Of a DNA stretch of 63,773 bases, positions 27,070 through 39,901 are shown one piece after another; positions within the stretch are counted from its first letter, which is position 1; every line of letters starts with the position of its first letter. Source of the DNA: Acidimicrobiales bacterium (lineage in GTDB: Bacteria; Actinomycetota; Acidimicrobiia; Acidimicrobiales; VFJN01); NCBI GenBank assembly GCA_040902805.1, contig JBBDWQ010000019.1, forward strand, positions 1-63,773. Reading direction: 5' to 3'. A program made the translations under genes and the position numbers. The notes beneath the pieces were generated by a model. It ran no database searches and was not told where the DNA came from. It worked only from the letters and a program-made list of their open reading frames with translations.

Positions 27070-28830
27070 TCAGCAGCGTTGGCCGGGCCCAGGCCGATAG
27101 CGAGCCCGAAACTTGTCGGTATCGGTAGAGCCATCGGGAAAGGTACGGGTCCGGGTTGTCGTGACTATCCGGCAGTTGCCGCTCGTTCCCTCGGTGATAG
27201 CGGTCTGTTCACCCATGGCATAGGGAGTGGAGTACAGCGTCACCGTGAGGCTGGTATTGGTGTAGGAGGGCCAGATCAGCACGCCGTAAGGCGTGTTGTT
27301 GGTGATCTTGAGATCCGGTGCGGGAAAGCCCATCGTCGCCTCCCGGCCGAACGGGTAGCGGTCGAAGTACTCCGAGTGAGCTTGGTACTCGTCGATGTCG
27401 AGACCGGCAAAGAACGCCGCGTTGAAGGCGGTGGTCGCGAACTGTGAGATGCCCCCGCCGATCTCATCGACGTGCTCCCCGTTGCTGATGGCGCCGGCGT
27501 AGACGAAGCCACGGGCAAGTGTGCGCTTGCCCACGTGATCGTTGACGGAGAAGGTCTCGCCGGGCGGGATCACGGCACCGCGCACGAGGTCGGCTATTCG
27601 GTGGATGTTGACCACCCGGGCGCCGCTGGCAGCGTGATATGTGGTGAACCCGTGGCCGGCCGTTGTTGCGGTCCCATCGCGCCAGGCGTGGCTGCCGCCA
27701 ATGGCTTCGCGGATGCCCAACTTCCGTGCGTCCGCAACGGTGAAGGCTGCCGGGCCCTCGACGAGATCGAGACGCACGCGATGGAGGTCGTTGCGCAGCG
27801 CTCCGTCGATGACAGCCGCCGAGTCGGCGCCGCAGCAGATCCGACCGGGACGGTCCGGCAAGATCACGGGCGTGCCGTCCTTGACCGAGAAGCGGGCATC
27901 TACCGGGCCGTCATCGATGTCAGCGAACTTCGCTTGGAGGCCGGCGGCGACCCTCGCAGGATCGAGCTCGGCTGTCACGGTTCCATCGAAGTGGCTCACC
28001 AACATCAGCCAATCACGCAGCTCACCCGGCTCGATCGCTCGGCTGCCCTCGACCGTTTGCACCTCGATGGGTTCCCCGATGCGGGCCTCAGCCCCCGAGA
28101 CGGCGGCTCGCGCTTCGCTGGCCCCACCGAGGGGTGGGATGGGACCCGGGGTCACCTTGACGCGGATCGCCCTGCCTGCCGGGGTGTCCGCCGCCGCACC
28201 TGGGAGTGCCGCCCCAAGCTGAGCGGGGTCGATGCCGCGCCCATCGCGTCCCGGCGTGACATGCAGCGCGCCGTCCACGACCTCGACGGAGGGTTCGACG
28301 GGTGGCATCCGCGCGTCACCCTCGAGCTCGATGATCGCCGCCGCCACCTGCTCGTCGCTGACCTGGAAGATCCACGGCGCCTCGCGGGAGTTGATGAACG
28401 ATGCGACCCAGTCGATGGGCCGCCAGAGGACGAATCCGTGCGAGGCGATGTCGAGCGCGCTCGTGACCGTCAGGTCGCGGTTCACCGTGAGGCCCAGCTC
28501 CAGCGCCGTGGTCTGGTAGGTAGCGTCGCCGGCCACGATCTCCACGCGGGTCGTGGCGAAGTCCTCCGCGGCGACGGCGAGCCTTGCCGACAGCTCGTCC
28601 TCAGAGAGGCCGCCGATCGTCATGCCGGCCAGTCGCACGTTGCGAGGGACCCCGCCCCGACTGGTGTCCACCGCCCACGCGGCCACGATCAGGACAACGA
28701 TCACGACCGGGATCAGGATGGCCGGGAGCGCCCACCCGCGGCGGCGGGAGTCCGGGGTGCCGACCGGCTCGGCAGGCTCCTCAAGGGTGGTGGGGGCGGC
28801 CGCGGGCGACTCTTGGAGCGACTCATCCAT
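27070..28830 (-). CDS. VanW family protein with peptidoglycan-binding-like repeats
   Basis: N-terminal TM, then PGETFSVN, GGGISQFATTAFNA, HSEYFDRYPFGREAT and DLKITNNTPYGVLI. Confidence 0.88.
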   Translation of the reverse strand: MDESLQESPAAAPTTLEEPAEPVGTPDSRRRGWALPAILIPVVIVVLIVAAWAVDTSRGGVPRNVRLAGMTIGGLSEDELSARLAVAAEDFATTRVEIVAGDATYQTTALELGLTVNRDLTVTSALDIASHGFVLWRPIDWVASFINSREAPWIFQVSDEQVAAAIIELEGDARMPPVEPSVEVVDGALHVTPGRDGRGIDPAQLGAALPGAAADTPAGRAIRVKVTPGPIPPLGGASEARAAVSGAEARIGEPIEVQTVEGSRAIEPGELRDWLMLVSHFDGTVTAELDPARVAAGLQAKFADIDDGPVDARFSVKDGTPVILPDRPGRICCGADSAAVIDGALRNDLHRVRLDLVEGPAAFTVADARKLGIREAIGGSHAWRDGTATTAGHGFTTYHAASGARVVNIHRIADLVRGAVIPPGETFSVNDHVGKRTLARGFVYAGAISNGEHVDEIGGGISQFATTAFNAAFFAGLDIDEYQAHSEYFDRYPFGREATMGFPAPDLKITNNTPYGVLIWPSYTNTSLTVTLYSTPYAMGEQTAITEGTSGNCRIVTTTRTRTFPDGSTDTDKFRARYRPGPGQRC

Positions 28831-28943
28831 GGGGATGCCAGCCTCGCACGCGGTGCCTCCACGGTGGAATTCGCCCCACTTCGCTGACGTGCGCTAGACG
28901 AAGGGCCACTGGGAGAGTGTCGAGCCGAGGGGAGTGCAGAAAG

Positions 28944-29849
28944 ATGACGAAGCTGTGCGAGGGGCGTGTCGCCATCGTGACAGGGGCGGGTCGAGGCATC
29001 GGCCGCGAGCACTCGCTGCTGCTGGCCCATCACGGCGCCAAGGTCGTCGTCAACGACCTCGGTGGCTCGATGGACGGTGAAGGCAACGACAAGGGTCCCG
29101 CACAGGAGGTCGTCGACGAGATCATCGCGATGGGCGGCGACGCCGTCGCCAACACGGACGACATCAGTGACTGGGACGGCGCGGCACGTCTCGTGCAGAC
29201 CGCCGTTGATCGCTTCGGCGGGCTGGACATCCTCATCAACAACGCGGGCATCCTGCGCGATCGGATGCTCACGAACATGAGCGAGGCCGAGTGGGACGCC
29301 GTCATCAAGGTGCACCTGAAGGGGACCTTTGCGCCGTCGAGGCACGCAGCCGCGCATTGGCGTGAGCGCTCGAAGGCCGGCGAGACCAACGACGGGCGGA
29401 TCATCAACACCTCGTCGCCATCTGGCATCTACGGCAACGTCGGCCAAACCAACTACGGCGCTGCCAAAGCTGGAATCGCGAGCTTCACGATCATCGCCGC
29501 CAAGGAGCTTGCGCGCTATGGCGTCACGGTCAACGCGATCGCCCCCGCTGCTCTCACCCGCATGACCGAGGGCCTCGGCATGGGCCAGGCGTCCGAGGAG
29601 GACAAGGCGACGATGTCGCCAGCGCACATCGCACCGATCGTCTGCTGGCTGGCCAGCCCAGAGTCGGCCCACGTGACGGGTCGGGTGTTCGATGTCAGTG
29701 GTCGGATGCTCAGCGTGAGCGAGGGCTGGCACCGCGGCCCGACCCTCGAGAACCCGACGGACGACCCGGCTGAGCTCGGGTCCCAGGTGTCGGAGCTCGT
29801 GGCGAAAGCCCGACCGAACGCCAACATGTTCGGCTACGACGAGAAGTAG
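28944..29849 (+). CDS. SDR oxidoreductase (MFE-2 dehydrogenase-like)
   Basis: TGAGRGIG, NNAGILRD and GQTNYGAAK. Confidence 0.9.
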   Translation: MTKLCEGRVAIVTGAGRGIGREHSLLLAHHGAKVVVNDLGGSMDGEGNDKGPAQEVVDEIIAMGGDAVANTDDISDWDGAARLVQTAVDRFGGLDILINNAGILRDRMLTNMSEAEWDAVIKVHLKGTFAPSRHAAAHWRERSKAGETNDGRIINTSSPSGIYGNVGQTNYGAAKAGIASFTIIAAKELARYGVTVNAIAPAALTRMTEGLGMGQASEEDKATMSPAHIAPIVCWLASPESAHVTGRVFDVSGRMLSVSEGWHRGPTLENPTDDPAELGSQVSELVAKARPNANMFGYDEK

Positions 29850-29863
29850 GGGAGCACGCAACC

Positions 29864-30715
29864 ATGCCCATCAACCCAGATGCAGTCGGGACCAAGTCGG
29901 AGCCCACACGCCGTAAGTGGACCAGCAAGGATGCCCTGATCTACGCCTTGGGAGTTGGCGCGGGCGCGGCCGACCCCCTTGACGAGCTCGAGTTCACCAC
30001 CGAGAACACCAGTGACAGGCCCCAGCGAGCGCTGCCCACCATCGCGGTGGTGCTAGGTCCGCTCGGTGGCGCGTTCGGGTCGATCGGCTCGTTCAATCCA
30101 GCGATGCTCGTGCATGGTGAGCAGGGGATCACGCTGCATCAGGAGATCCCGGTCGACGGCGAGCTCGAAGCCGTGAGCGAGATCACCGGGATCTACGACA
30201 AGGGCAAGGGAGCGGTCGTCGTGACCGAGTCAACCGCCGTTCTCGTGTCCACCGGCGAACCGCTCTTTTCGACCCGCATGTCGGCGTTCATTCGGGGCGA
30301 GGGCGGATGGGGTGGCGATCGGGGTCCGTCGGGCACTCCGAACGCGGCGCCCGAGCGCGCGCCCGATCACAGCGTCACCGTGCAGACCCGTCACGATCAG
30401 GCGCTTCTGTATCGACTCTCGGGTGACCGCAATCCGCTTCACAGCGACCCTGCGTTCGCTGCGATGGGCGGCTTCGACCGTCCGATCCTGCACGGCCTGT
30501 GCACCTACGGCTTCACCGGTCGAGCTCTGCTCCATGCGCTGTGCGGCGGGGACCCAGCCCGCTTCAAGGGGCTGGATGCTCGGTTCAGCTCACCGGTCAT
30601 GCCGGGTGAAGCACTCACCGTGAACGCGTGGGATGACGGCGGGAGTGCCATCTTCCAAACCTGCGGTCAGGACGGCCGTGTGGTCATCGACGCAGGGCGC
30701 GTCAACTTCGGCTGA
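29864..30715 (+). CDS. MaoC-type (R)-enoyl-CoA hydratase 2
   Basis: YRLSGDRNPLH hydratase-2 motif and PILHGLCTYG. Confidence 0.92.
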   Translation: MPINPDAVGTKSEPTRRKWTSKDALIYALGVGAGAADPLDELEFTTENTSDRPQRALPTIAVVLGPLGGAFGSIGSFNPAMLVHGEQGITLHQEIPVDGELEAVSEITGIYDKGKGAVVVTESTAVLVSTGEPLFSTRMSAFIRGEGGWGGDRGPSGTPNAAPERAPDHSVTVQTRHDQALLYRLSGDRNPLHSDPAFAAMGGFDRPILHGLCTYGFTGRALLHALCGGDPARFKGLDARFSSPVMPGEALTVNAWDDGGSAIFQTCGQDGRVVIDAGRVNFG

Positions 30716-31988
30716 GGCTCGGCGACGCCGGAAGGCGAGCTGACGCGCCGCTGGCGCCGACGCGATCTCGCAGGTCCACCTCGGTCCGAGCCACGGGCAC
30801 AGGCATGGAGCGGAGCAGGGAGGGCTGCTCACCCAATGGGAGCGGACGACCCAGGTGGTAGCCCTGCGCGAGCGGGGTGCCGAGCTGGGCGACGACGGCG
30901 AGCTCGGCCTCGTTCTCGATGCCCTCGGCGATGACGATCACGCCGAGCTCATCCGCGAATCCGCAGATCGCTCGGGCCAACGCCTGACGGTGCGGGTCAC
31001 GATCGATGTTCTGCACCAGGCTGATGTCGAGCTTGATGTACTCGGGGGAGATGTTCAGGATGTGGGCAAAGCTCGCGTACCCACTCCCCGCGTCGTCGAC
31101 AGCGAGACTCAACCCGCGTTCGCGCCATGGGGCGAGCGCGCGGCTGAGCGTGGCGTAGTCAACGACGGCAGAGTGCTCCGTGACCTCGAGGATCACTCGG
31201 CTCAGGTCGACAGACTCCAGGATCTCGGCGAGCCGGCCAGACAGCACGGTGGCAGGACTGACGTTGATCGTCATGCAAAGCCCCGAGTGGAGCTCGTCGA
31301 GAAAGTGGAGCGCAGAGGCGGCGGTGGCCAACTCGAGGGTCGGGCCTTCGCCCACGCGGTCTGCCTCCCCGAACCAGACATCTGGTGACTGAGCCGGCGC
31401 GGCCGTGAACCGGGTGAGCGCCTCGACGCCATGAGGTTGGCCATCTCGGAGATCGATGATCGGCTGGAGAACCACTCGGAACTGGGATTCCGCGATCAAC
31501 CTTGCGATGCGGTCACGACGCACGCTGCGACGGACCCGCATGTCCTCCTCGAGATTGAGTCGAGTGCTGAGCTCCTGCAGGGCCACTCGGTTGACCGCGG
31601 GGGATAGGTAGGCGCCCCCGCCCACCGCGCTGTGGATGGCTTCGGTGAGCACATCGGGCGAACCGCCCTTCACCACGTACCCGTCGATTCCGGCGGACAG
31701 GAGGGGAAGGATCCCCATGGAGATGGTGGCCGCCGAGAAGATGACGATGTGCGTGCCTGGGTGGATGCGCCGGATCTGCTGCGCGGCCTCCAGGCCCCCG
31801 CCGGGCATCTCGAGATCGATCAGCGCAACGTCGGGTAGGAGTTCGGCGACCAGTCCGATTGTGGCGGCAGCATCGCTGGCTGTCCCGACGAGATCGAATC
31901 CTTCGAGGTCGAGCACGATGCGCAGGTACTCGATGACCTCGGGTTCGTCGTCGGCGACGACGACGGTGATTCGCTCTCGCTCGATCAC
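30702..31988 (-). CDS. Response regulator with EAL (c-di-GMP phosphodiesterase) domain
   Basis: NarL-like REC (ADDE, DLEMPGGG, YVVKG) followed by QPI, EAL, EVTEH, DDAGSGY, AEGIE and QGY. Confidence 0.9.
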   Translation of the reverse strand: MIERERITVVVADDEPEVIEYLRIVLDLEGFDLVGTASDAAATIGLVAELLPDVALIDLEMPGGGLEAAQQIRRIHPGTHIVIFSAATISMGILPLLSAGIDGYVVKGGSPDVLTEAIHSAVGGGAYLSPAVNRVALQELSTRLNLEEDMRVRRSVRRDRIARLIAESQFRVVLQPIIDLRDGQPHGVEALTRFTAAPAQSPDVWFGEADRVGEGPTLELATAASALHFLDELHSGLCMTINVSPATVLSGRLAEILESVDLSRVILEVTEHSAVVDYATLSRALAPWRERGLSLAVDDAGSGYASFAHILNISPEYIKLDISLVQNIDRDPHRQALARAICGFADELGVIVIAEGIENEAELAVVAQLGTPLAQGYHLGRPLPLGEQPSLLRSMPVPVARTEVDLRDRVGASGASARLPASPSLSRS

Positions 31989-32165
31989 GTCGACCCCCCA
32001 ACCGACCGGGCTGCGCGATTGCCCCGAACCGGCCAACACCTGTTGTAGCACTCCCAACGGGCAAAAGCGCCAGCACAGGCGAAAGGTCACTGCGCGACAT
32101 GTCCAGGCGACTCGCAGATTGGTGGTACACGTGCGGCAATGCCCTCAGATCATGCGGCGATGAGG

Positions 32166-32825
32166 TCAGAAGAGGCTGATCTGGGCGCGCTCGACACCGC
32201 GTAGCGCGTCGTAGTCGACCTCCACGCAGGTGATGCCCCGCTCGGCGGCCAGCACCTTGGCCTGCGGCTTGATGCTCTGAGCCACGAACATTCCGCGCAC
32301 CGGCCGGAGCTGGGGGTCCCGCTCCAGAAACTCGAGGTAGCGGGCCAGCTGCTCTACCCCGTCGATGCCACCCTGTCGCTTGATCTCGACGGCCACCGCC
32401 CGCCCCTGCGCGTCGCGGCAGAGCAGGTCGACCGGGCCGATCTCCGTGCGGTGTTCCCGGCGAACGAGCACCATGCCCGCTTCGAGGCGATCGCAGGCGG
32501 CGGCGAGCAGCTCCTGCAGGTGGGCCTCGACTCCGTCCTTCTGCAGCCCTGGATCGACGCCGAGGTTGTGGTCTGAGTCGGACAAGATCTCCTCGATGGT
32601 GATGATGAGCTGCTCGCCTTGGGGGCTCGTGACCGTCCACCCGTCATCGCTGACCACGATGCGGTTCGGCGCGTTCATCCAATTGAGGGGCTTGTACGCA
32701 CCGCCATCACTGTGAATGGCCACGCACCCGTCCTGCTTCACCATGATCAGTCGCGTGGCCATGGGGAGATGAGCCGATAGCCGGCCCTGGTACTCCACTG
32801 AGCAGCGCGCGACGACGAGCCTCAC
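32166..32825 (-). CDS. nucS: Mismatch endonuclease NucS/EndoMS
   Basis: [35 protein letters not shown] and VEIKR...GVEQLARY, ending QISLF. Confidence 0.95.
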   Translation of the reverse strand: MRLVVARCSVEYQGRLSAHLPMATRLIMVKQDGCVAIHSDGGAYKPLNWMNAPNRIVVSDDGWTVTSPQGEQLIITIEEILSDSDHNLGVDPGLQKDGVEAHLQELLAAACDRLEAGMVLVRREHRTEIGPVDLLCRDAQGRAVAVEIKRQGGIDGVEQLARYLEFLERDPQLRPVRGMFVAQSIKPQAKVLAAERGITCVEVDYDALRGVERAQISLF

Positions 32826-34420
32826 CGGTTGTGCTTCTGCAGCCGGTTGCGGATCAGCTCCCGCCTGGCCTGCAGGTCCCGATAGGTGACGGCACCTTCC
32901 GTGCCCTCTTCGTAGCCGAAGCTCGCCCGGACCCCGGACAGGTCGAGCTCATACGAGCTCGGGTCGAGCCCCAGGTCACTCGCCAGACGGTCGCCGTGAG
33001 CAGTGGCCAGGTGCATTGAGATGTTGCCGATCTCACCGATGATGTCGAGATCGGGCGCCAATGTGGCGATGGCCCCATCGAGGAAAACCATGTTCTTGAT
33101 GAACAGCATCAGCTCCTTCGGGAGCCGCGCACCGATCCCCATGAGCGCCTTGATCGTGCGCTGGATCTCGTTGACCAACTGGTCGGCGTCCATCGTCGTG
33201 GGGTCCACGACCGGCCTGTCGAGGCCCAGATCCTTGATCACTGCATCAAGATCTGTGTCAGGTGGCAGCGCGCCGAGATCCCGGAGCGCACCGAGCTGGC
33301 CATGGATGTCGTTGGCTGTAGCCGTGAGCATCAGTCGGAGAAACGCCAGCCGACGCGGTTCGGAGAGGCGGCCCACGATGCCGAAGTCGAGCAGCGCCGT
33401 GCGGCCATCGGCGAGAACGAACAGGTTCCCCCCGTGGAGATCACCATGGAAGATGCCGTGGATCATGGCGCCCTCCATGAACCCGATCATCCCTGTGCGC
33501 ACGACCCGTTCGGTGTCCACCCCGGCATCCCTCATCCCGGCGACATCGTCGAACTTGAAGCCGGAAAGTCGTTCCATCACCAGCACTCGGGGTGTGACCA
33601 GTGTGGGGTGCGGGCGAGGGATGACGTAGTCACGCTGGCCCAGCTCGGCGAACGACCGGGCGACATCGAGCATGTTCTGCGCCTCGATGCGGAAGTCGAG
33701 CTCCTCGGTGATCGTCTCGGCGAAGAGCTCCACCAGGGCAGGAGGATTGGCGAGGGCGCTGACCGGGATGCGGCCGACGGTGAACGGTGCGATCCATGCC
33801 ATCACCCGGAGGTCCTTGTGGACGAGCTCACCTACGGACGGGCGCTGCACCTTCACCACGACGTGCTCGCCGCTCTGAAGAGTCGCCGCGTGCACCTGAG
33901 CGATCGACGCTGCCGCGAGGGGTGCCGGGTGGAACCGCGAGAAGACCTCCTCGAGCGGTCTGCCGAGGTCCTCCTCCACGACTCGCCGCACCACGTTGAA
34001 GGGTTCCGGTGGCACCTGGTCACGGCACTTTCGGAACTCGCTCACCAGTTCGGCGGGGAAGATTCCCTCGCCCGAGGAGATGATCTGGCCGAGCTTGATG
34101 TACGTCGGCCCGAGTCGTTCGGCGGCCCGTCTCAGGCGTCGGGAGACGTCGGCCTGAGAGGTGGATCCGCCCTGCCGGCGGGCGCCAGCGGCCCACAGTG
34201 CGAGCGCAGTGCCCAGCCGGGCGACGGTGCCAACCACTCGCAGGCCCGGGGGAACCTTGCCTGGCTTGGTCAGATGGGGGAGGTCGAGCGCGATCTGCCG
34301 CCGCAGCGCCGGTACCGCCTTGCGCCATGGCATGGCCTCGGGATCGACGACCCAGGGGGGATCGTTGCTGAAGCTGCCTACATCGAGGTCGGACGGCGGC
34401 TCGAGGGGTACGGCGGACAT
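32822..34420 (-). CDS. ABC1/UbiB (AarF) family kinase
   Basis: [34 protein letters not shown] and LDFG. Confidence 0.92.
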   Translation of the reverse strand: MSAVPLEPPSDLDVGSFSNDPPWVVDPEAMPWRKAVPALRRQIALDLPHLTKPGKVPPGLRVVGTVARLGTALALWAAGARRQGGSTSQADVSRRLRRAAERLGPTYIKLGQIISSGEGIFPAELVSEFRKCRDQVPPEPFNVVRRVVEEDLGRPLEEVFSRFHPAPLAAASIAQVHAATLQSGEHVVVKVQRPSVGELVHKDLRVMAWIAPFTVGRIPVSALANPPALVELFAETITEELDFRIEAQNMLDVARSFAELGQRDYVIPRPHPTLVTPRVLVMERLSGFKFDDVAGMRDAGVDTERVVRTGMIGFMEGAMIHGIFHGDLHGGNLFVLADGRTALLDFGIVGRLSEPRRLAFLRLMLTATANDIHGQLGALRDLGALPPDTDLDAVIKDLGLDRPVVDPTTMDADQLVNEIQRTIKALMGIGARLPKELMLFIKNMVFLDGAIATLAPDLDIIGEIGNISMHLATAHGDRLASDLGLDPSSYELDLSGVRASFGYEEGTEGAVTYRDLQARRELIRNRLQKHNR

Positions 34421-34481
34421 GGTGCGACGAGTCTCGCGCTGGGACGAGCAGGCCAGCGAAGCGAACGGGTTGGTGACCTCG

Positions 34482-35249
34482 TCACCCGTCGGAGAGGGCG
34501 TTGAGCACCTCGTCAGCGAGGTCCGTCCTGCAGATGAGCAGATCGGGAAGCCAAGGATCGCGACGGTTGTAGATGAGGGGCGAGCCATCCAGTCGGCTGG
34601 CGTGTAGGCCCGCGGCGATCGCTACGGCCGCGGGGGCGCAGTTGTCCCACTCGTACTGTCCGCCGGCGTGGGCATAGATCTCGGCCTCGCCGAGCACGAC
34701 GGCCATGGCCTTTGCTCCGGCTGAGCCCAAGGGGACCAGCACGCCGCTGACCGCCTCTCGGATCTGGTGGGCCTGGCGTGGTGGACGGCTTCGCGACACG
34801 ACGAGCCGCGGAGGGCCATCCCAACGGGTTGGCGCAGGGGGAGCCGGGTGCGTCGAGAGCGTCATGCCGCGTGCCGGGAGGGCGACGGCCCCCGCCGCTG
34901 CGGTGCCATCAATCGCAAGGGCGACATGCACCGCCCAGTCCGACCGACCCGGCTCGCTGAACTCTCGAGTGCCGTCCAACGGATCGATGATCCACACGCG
35001 CTGGTCGTCGAGGCGAGCGAGATCGTCGCGGCCCTCCTCGGACAGCACCCCATCGTCGGGGCGCTCCTGAGCGAGGAGCGCGACGAGGAGGTCATGAGCT
35101 CGTCGATCCCCGGCGTCCCCGACGAGCTCAGGCCACTCCCCGTCGGATTCCAGCGAGGCTCGAACCTCGAGGAGCAGCTCCCCGGCGAGCGTTGCGGCCC
35201 GAGCCGCGAGCTCGTGGTCAGCGATCGACGGTGCGGTGACGGCAGACAC
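34482..35249 (-). CDS. cysQ: 3'(2'),5'-bisphosphate nucleotidase CysQ
   Basis: LSEEG, WIIDPLDGTREF, GSAGAK and GGQYEWD. Divergent from cysDNC. Confidence 0.92.
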   Translation of the reverse strand: MSAVTAPSIADHELAARAATLAGELLLEVRASLESDGEWPELVGDAGDRRAHDLLVALLAQERPDDGVLSEEGRDDLARLDDQRVWIIDPLDGTREFSEPGRSDWAVHVALAIDGTAAAGAVALPARGMTLSTHPAPPAPTRWDGPPRLVVSRSRPPRQAHQIREAVSGVLVPLGSAGAKAMAVVLGEAEIYAHAGGQYEWDNCAPAAVAIAAGLHASRLDGSPLIYNRRDPWLPDLLICRTDLADEVLNALSDG

Positions 35250-35293
35250 CGATATTGCTTACCAGTTTGGTCGACATTTACCCTGATCGCTCC

Positions 35294-36205
35294 ATGTCTG
35301 TTCCGTATCAGCTGTCGCACCTCCGAGCACTCGAAGCCGAGGCCATTCACATCATCCGTGAGGTGGCGGCCGAGTTCGAGCGACCGGCTCTGCTGTTCTC
35401 GGGCGGCAAGGACTCCATGGTCATGCTCCACCTCGCGGTGAAGGCCTTTGCGCCGGCACGGGTCCCGTTCCCGGTCATGCACGTGGACACGGGTCACAAC
35501 TTCGATGAGATCATCAGCTTCCGGGACGAGATCGTCGCCAAGCTCGGAGCGCGCCTGCTCGTCGCCAGCGTCCAAGACGACATCGACGCAGGACGCAGCG
35601 TCGAGGACGACGGCCCCAGGGCCAGCCGCAACCGACTCCAGACGGCCACCTTGCTCCGTGGCATCGAAGAGCATCGCTTCGATGCGGTGTTCGGCGGGGC
35701 CCGCCGCGACGAGGAGAAGGCTCGGGCCAAGGAGCGGGTGTTCTCGTTCCGGGATGAGTTCGGCCAATGGGACCCGAAGAACCAGCGACCAGAGCTGTGG
35801 AGCCTCTACAACGGACGTCACCGCCAGGGCGAGCACATCCGGGTGTTCCCGCTCAGCAACTGGACCGAGCTGGACATCTGGCAGTACATCGCAGAGGAGG
35901 AAGTCGAGCTGCCGCTGATCTACTTCGCGCACTCGCGCAAGGTCTTCCACCGCGACGGCATGTGGATGGCAGACTCGCCACTCATCAAGCGGCTACCCGG
36001 CGAAGAGGTCGAGGAGCGAACCGTCCGGTTCCGCACCGTGGGGGATGTGACCTGCACAGGATCGGTCGAGTCGACCGCTGACACGCTCGAGCTCGTCATC
36101 GCGGAGGTGGCTGCCACACGGCTTACCGAGCGAGGTGCTACCCGCGCCGACGACCGCATCAGTGAGGCTGGCATGGAAGACCGCAAGCGCGAGGGCTACT
36201 TCTGA
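35294..36205 (+). CDS. cysD: Sulfate adenylyltransferase subunit 2
   Basis: LFSGGKDS, GGARRDEEKARAKER and MEDRKREGYF. Confidence 0.97.
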   Translation: MSVPYQLSHLRALEAEAIHIIREVAAEFERPALLFSGGKDSMVMLHLAVKAFAPARVPFPVMHVDTGHNFDEIISFRDEIVAKLGARLLVASVQDDIDAGRSVEDDGPRASRNRLQTATLLRGIEEHRFDAVFGGARRDEEKARAKERVFSFRDEFGQWDPKNQRPELWSLYNGRHRQGEHIRVFPLSNWTELDIWQYIAEEEVELPLIYFAHSRKVFHRDGMWMADSPLIKRLPGEEVEERTVRFRTVGDVTCTGSVESTADTLELVIAEVAATRLTERGATRADDRISEAGMEDRKREGYF

Positions 36206-37473
36206 TGGAGATGCTTCGCCTGGCCACCGCTGGCTCCGTAGACGACGGCAAGTCCACGCTCATTGGTCGGTTGCTCTACGACTCGAAGGCCATCTTCGAG
36301 GATCAGCTGGAGGCCGTCGAGCGCACGTCCCGGGAGCGCGGCGACGTGCACACCAACCTCGCGCTGCTCACCGACGGGTTGCGAGCGGAGCGGGAGCAGG
36401 GCATCACGATCGATGTGGCCTATCGCTACTTCGCCACGCCAAAGCGCAAGTTCATCATTGCGGACACACCGGGTCACACGCAGTACACCCGCAACATGGT
36501 CACCGGCGCGTCGACCGCGGATCTTGCCCTGATCCTCGTCGATGCTCGCAAGGGGATCCTCGAGCAGTCGCGCCGCCACGCCTTTCTCTCGTCGCTGCTC
36601 GGCATTCCGCATCTCGTGCTCTGTGTCAACAAGATGGATCTGGTGGAGTGGTCCGAGGACCGCTTCGAGGAGATCAAGGCTGAATTTCGCAGCTTTGCCA
36701 TGAAGCTCGACGTCAGCGACCTGACCTTCATCCCGGTGTCGGCCCTGCATGGCGACAACGTCGTCGATCGTTCGGTCAACATGCCTTGGTACGAAGGCAC
36801 GTCGCTGCTGCACCATCTCGAAGAGGTCCACATCGCATCGGATCGCAACCTGATCGATGCTCGCTTTCCGGTCCAGTACGTCATCCGACCGCAGAACCAG
36901 ACCGATCACGCCACACACGACTACCGCGGCTATGCGGGCCAGGTGGCTGGCGGCGTGCTCAAACCGGGCGATGAGGTCGTGGTGCTGCCGTCGGGGTTCG
37001 CCACCACCATCGCGTCGATCGACACTGCTGACGGTCCGATCGACGAGGCGTACGCGCCCATGTCGGTCACGATCCGCCTCACCGATGACATCGATGTCTC
37101 TCGTGGCGACATGATCACCCGCGTTCGGAACCAGCCCCACATGGGTCAGGACATCGACGCGATGGTGTGCTGGATGTCCGATTCCGTATGGCTCCGGGAG
37201 GGTGCCAAGCTCTCGATCAAGCACACCACACGCTGGGCTCGAGCCTTGGTGAAGGATCTCCAGTATCAGCTCGACATCAACACACTGCACCGGTACGAGG
37301 ACGCCGTTGGTCTGTCGTTGAACGAGATCGGCCGGGTGACGCTCCGTGTCACCCACCCGCTGCTCTTCGATGCCTACCGGCGCAATCGCACGACGGGAAG
37401 CTTCATCCTCGTGGACGAGGTGAGCCAGACCACCGTGGGCGCTGGCATGATCCTCGGTCCGACGGACACCTGA
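36205..37473 (+). CDS. cysN: Sulfate adenylyltransferase subunit 1 (GTPase)
   Basis: [35 protein letters not shown] and NKMD. TGATG coupling. Confidence 0.97.
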   Translation: MEMLRLATAGSVDDGKSTLIGRLLYDSKAIFEDQLEAVERTSRERGDVHTNLALLTDGLRAEREQGITIDVAYRYFATPKRKFIIADTPGHTQYTRNMVTGASTADLALILVDARKGILEQSRRHAFLSSLLGIPHLVLCVNKMDLVEWSEDRFEEIKAEFRSFAMKLDVSDLTFIPVSALHGDNVVDRSVNMPWYEGTSLLHHLEEVHIASDRNLIDARFPVQYVIRPQNQTDHATHDYRGYAGQVAGGVLKPGDEVVVLPSGFATTIASIDTADGPIDEAYAPMSVTIRLTDDIDVSRGDMITRVRNQPHMGQDIDAMVCWMSDSVWLREGAKLSIKHTTRWARALVKDLQYQLDINTLHRYEDAVGLSLNEIGRVTLRVTHPLLFDAYRRNRTTGSFILVDEVSQTTVGAGMILGPTDT

Positions 37474-37478
37474 GTCCG

Positions 37479-38054
37479 ATGAGCGACAACGTCACGTGGC
37501 ACCCCGGCGACGTCGCTCGTTCCGAGCGACCCACGCGGGGTGCGACGGTGTGGCTCACGGGACTGTCAGGTTCGGGGAAGTCGACGGTGGCGTCGGCGTG
37601 CGAGCGCCTGCTGATCGACGCCGGCCGATCGGCATACGTGCTCGACGGTGACAACCTCCGGCTCGGCCTCAACGGTGACCTCGGGTTCTCCGCCGAGGAT
37701 CGGGGCGAGAACGTGCGTCGGGTCGGGCACGTGGCGCGATTGATGGCTGACGCGGGTGTCATAGCGCTCGTTCCTCTGATCAGTCCGTATCGCGCTGATC
37801 GTGACCTTGTGCGTGGCCTCCATGTAGGAGCGGACATCCCCTTCCTTGAGGTCTTTGTCGACACGCCGCTCGAGCTGTGCGAGCAGCGCGACCCGAAGGG
37901 GCTCTACAAGCAGGCGCGAGCCGGCGAGATCAAGGGCTTCACTGGGATCGACGATCCGTACGAGGCGCCGGACGCCCCGGAGCTTGTCCTTCGGCCGGAG
38001 CGCGGAACGGCGGCGACCATGGCCGCCGCCGTTCTCGAGCTGTTGCCGAGCTGA
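37479..38054 (+). CDS. cysC: Adenylyl-sulfate kinase
   Basis: [26 protein letters not shown] and FTGIDDPYE. Confidence 0.96.
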   Translation: MSDNVTWHPGDVARSERPTRGATVWLTGLSGSGKSTVASACERLLIDAGRSAYVLDGDNLRLGLNGDLGFSAEDRGENVRRVGHVARLMADAGVIALVPLISPYRADRDLVRGLHVGADIPFLEVFVDTPLELCEQRDPKGLYKQARAGEIKGFTGIDDPYEAPDAPELVLRPERGTAATMAAAVLELLPS

Positions 38055-38060
38055 TCGAGG

Positions 38061-39746
<1,686 letters not shown>

Positions 39747-39901
39747 GGCGCACGACGGTAGTGGGCACCGCCCCTGGTGCCCGAATGGCCCACGGCTGAT
39801 TGAGGAGGACTAGGCGAAAATGGCCACATCGGGCCATGGCCCCCCATCTGGGATCACCGCAGACTGCATAGATCGGATCAACCGTCCCAAGGGAGCCAGT
39901 C

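Noticed and set aside
28944-30715. SDR plus MaoC pair as a split peroxisomal MFE-2 novelty
   Set aside because: A common, known arrangement in actinobacterial lipid catabolism.
32059-32098. GGGCAAA...GAAA...GAC resembling the first stem of a c-di-GMP-I riboswitch, upstream of the REC-EAL gene
   Set aside because: It lies on the plus strand while the EAL gene is on the minus strand, the stem pairs poorly, and the GCAAA plus second hairpin are missing. An Rfam scan would settle it.
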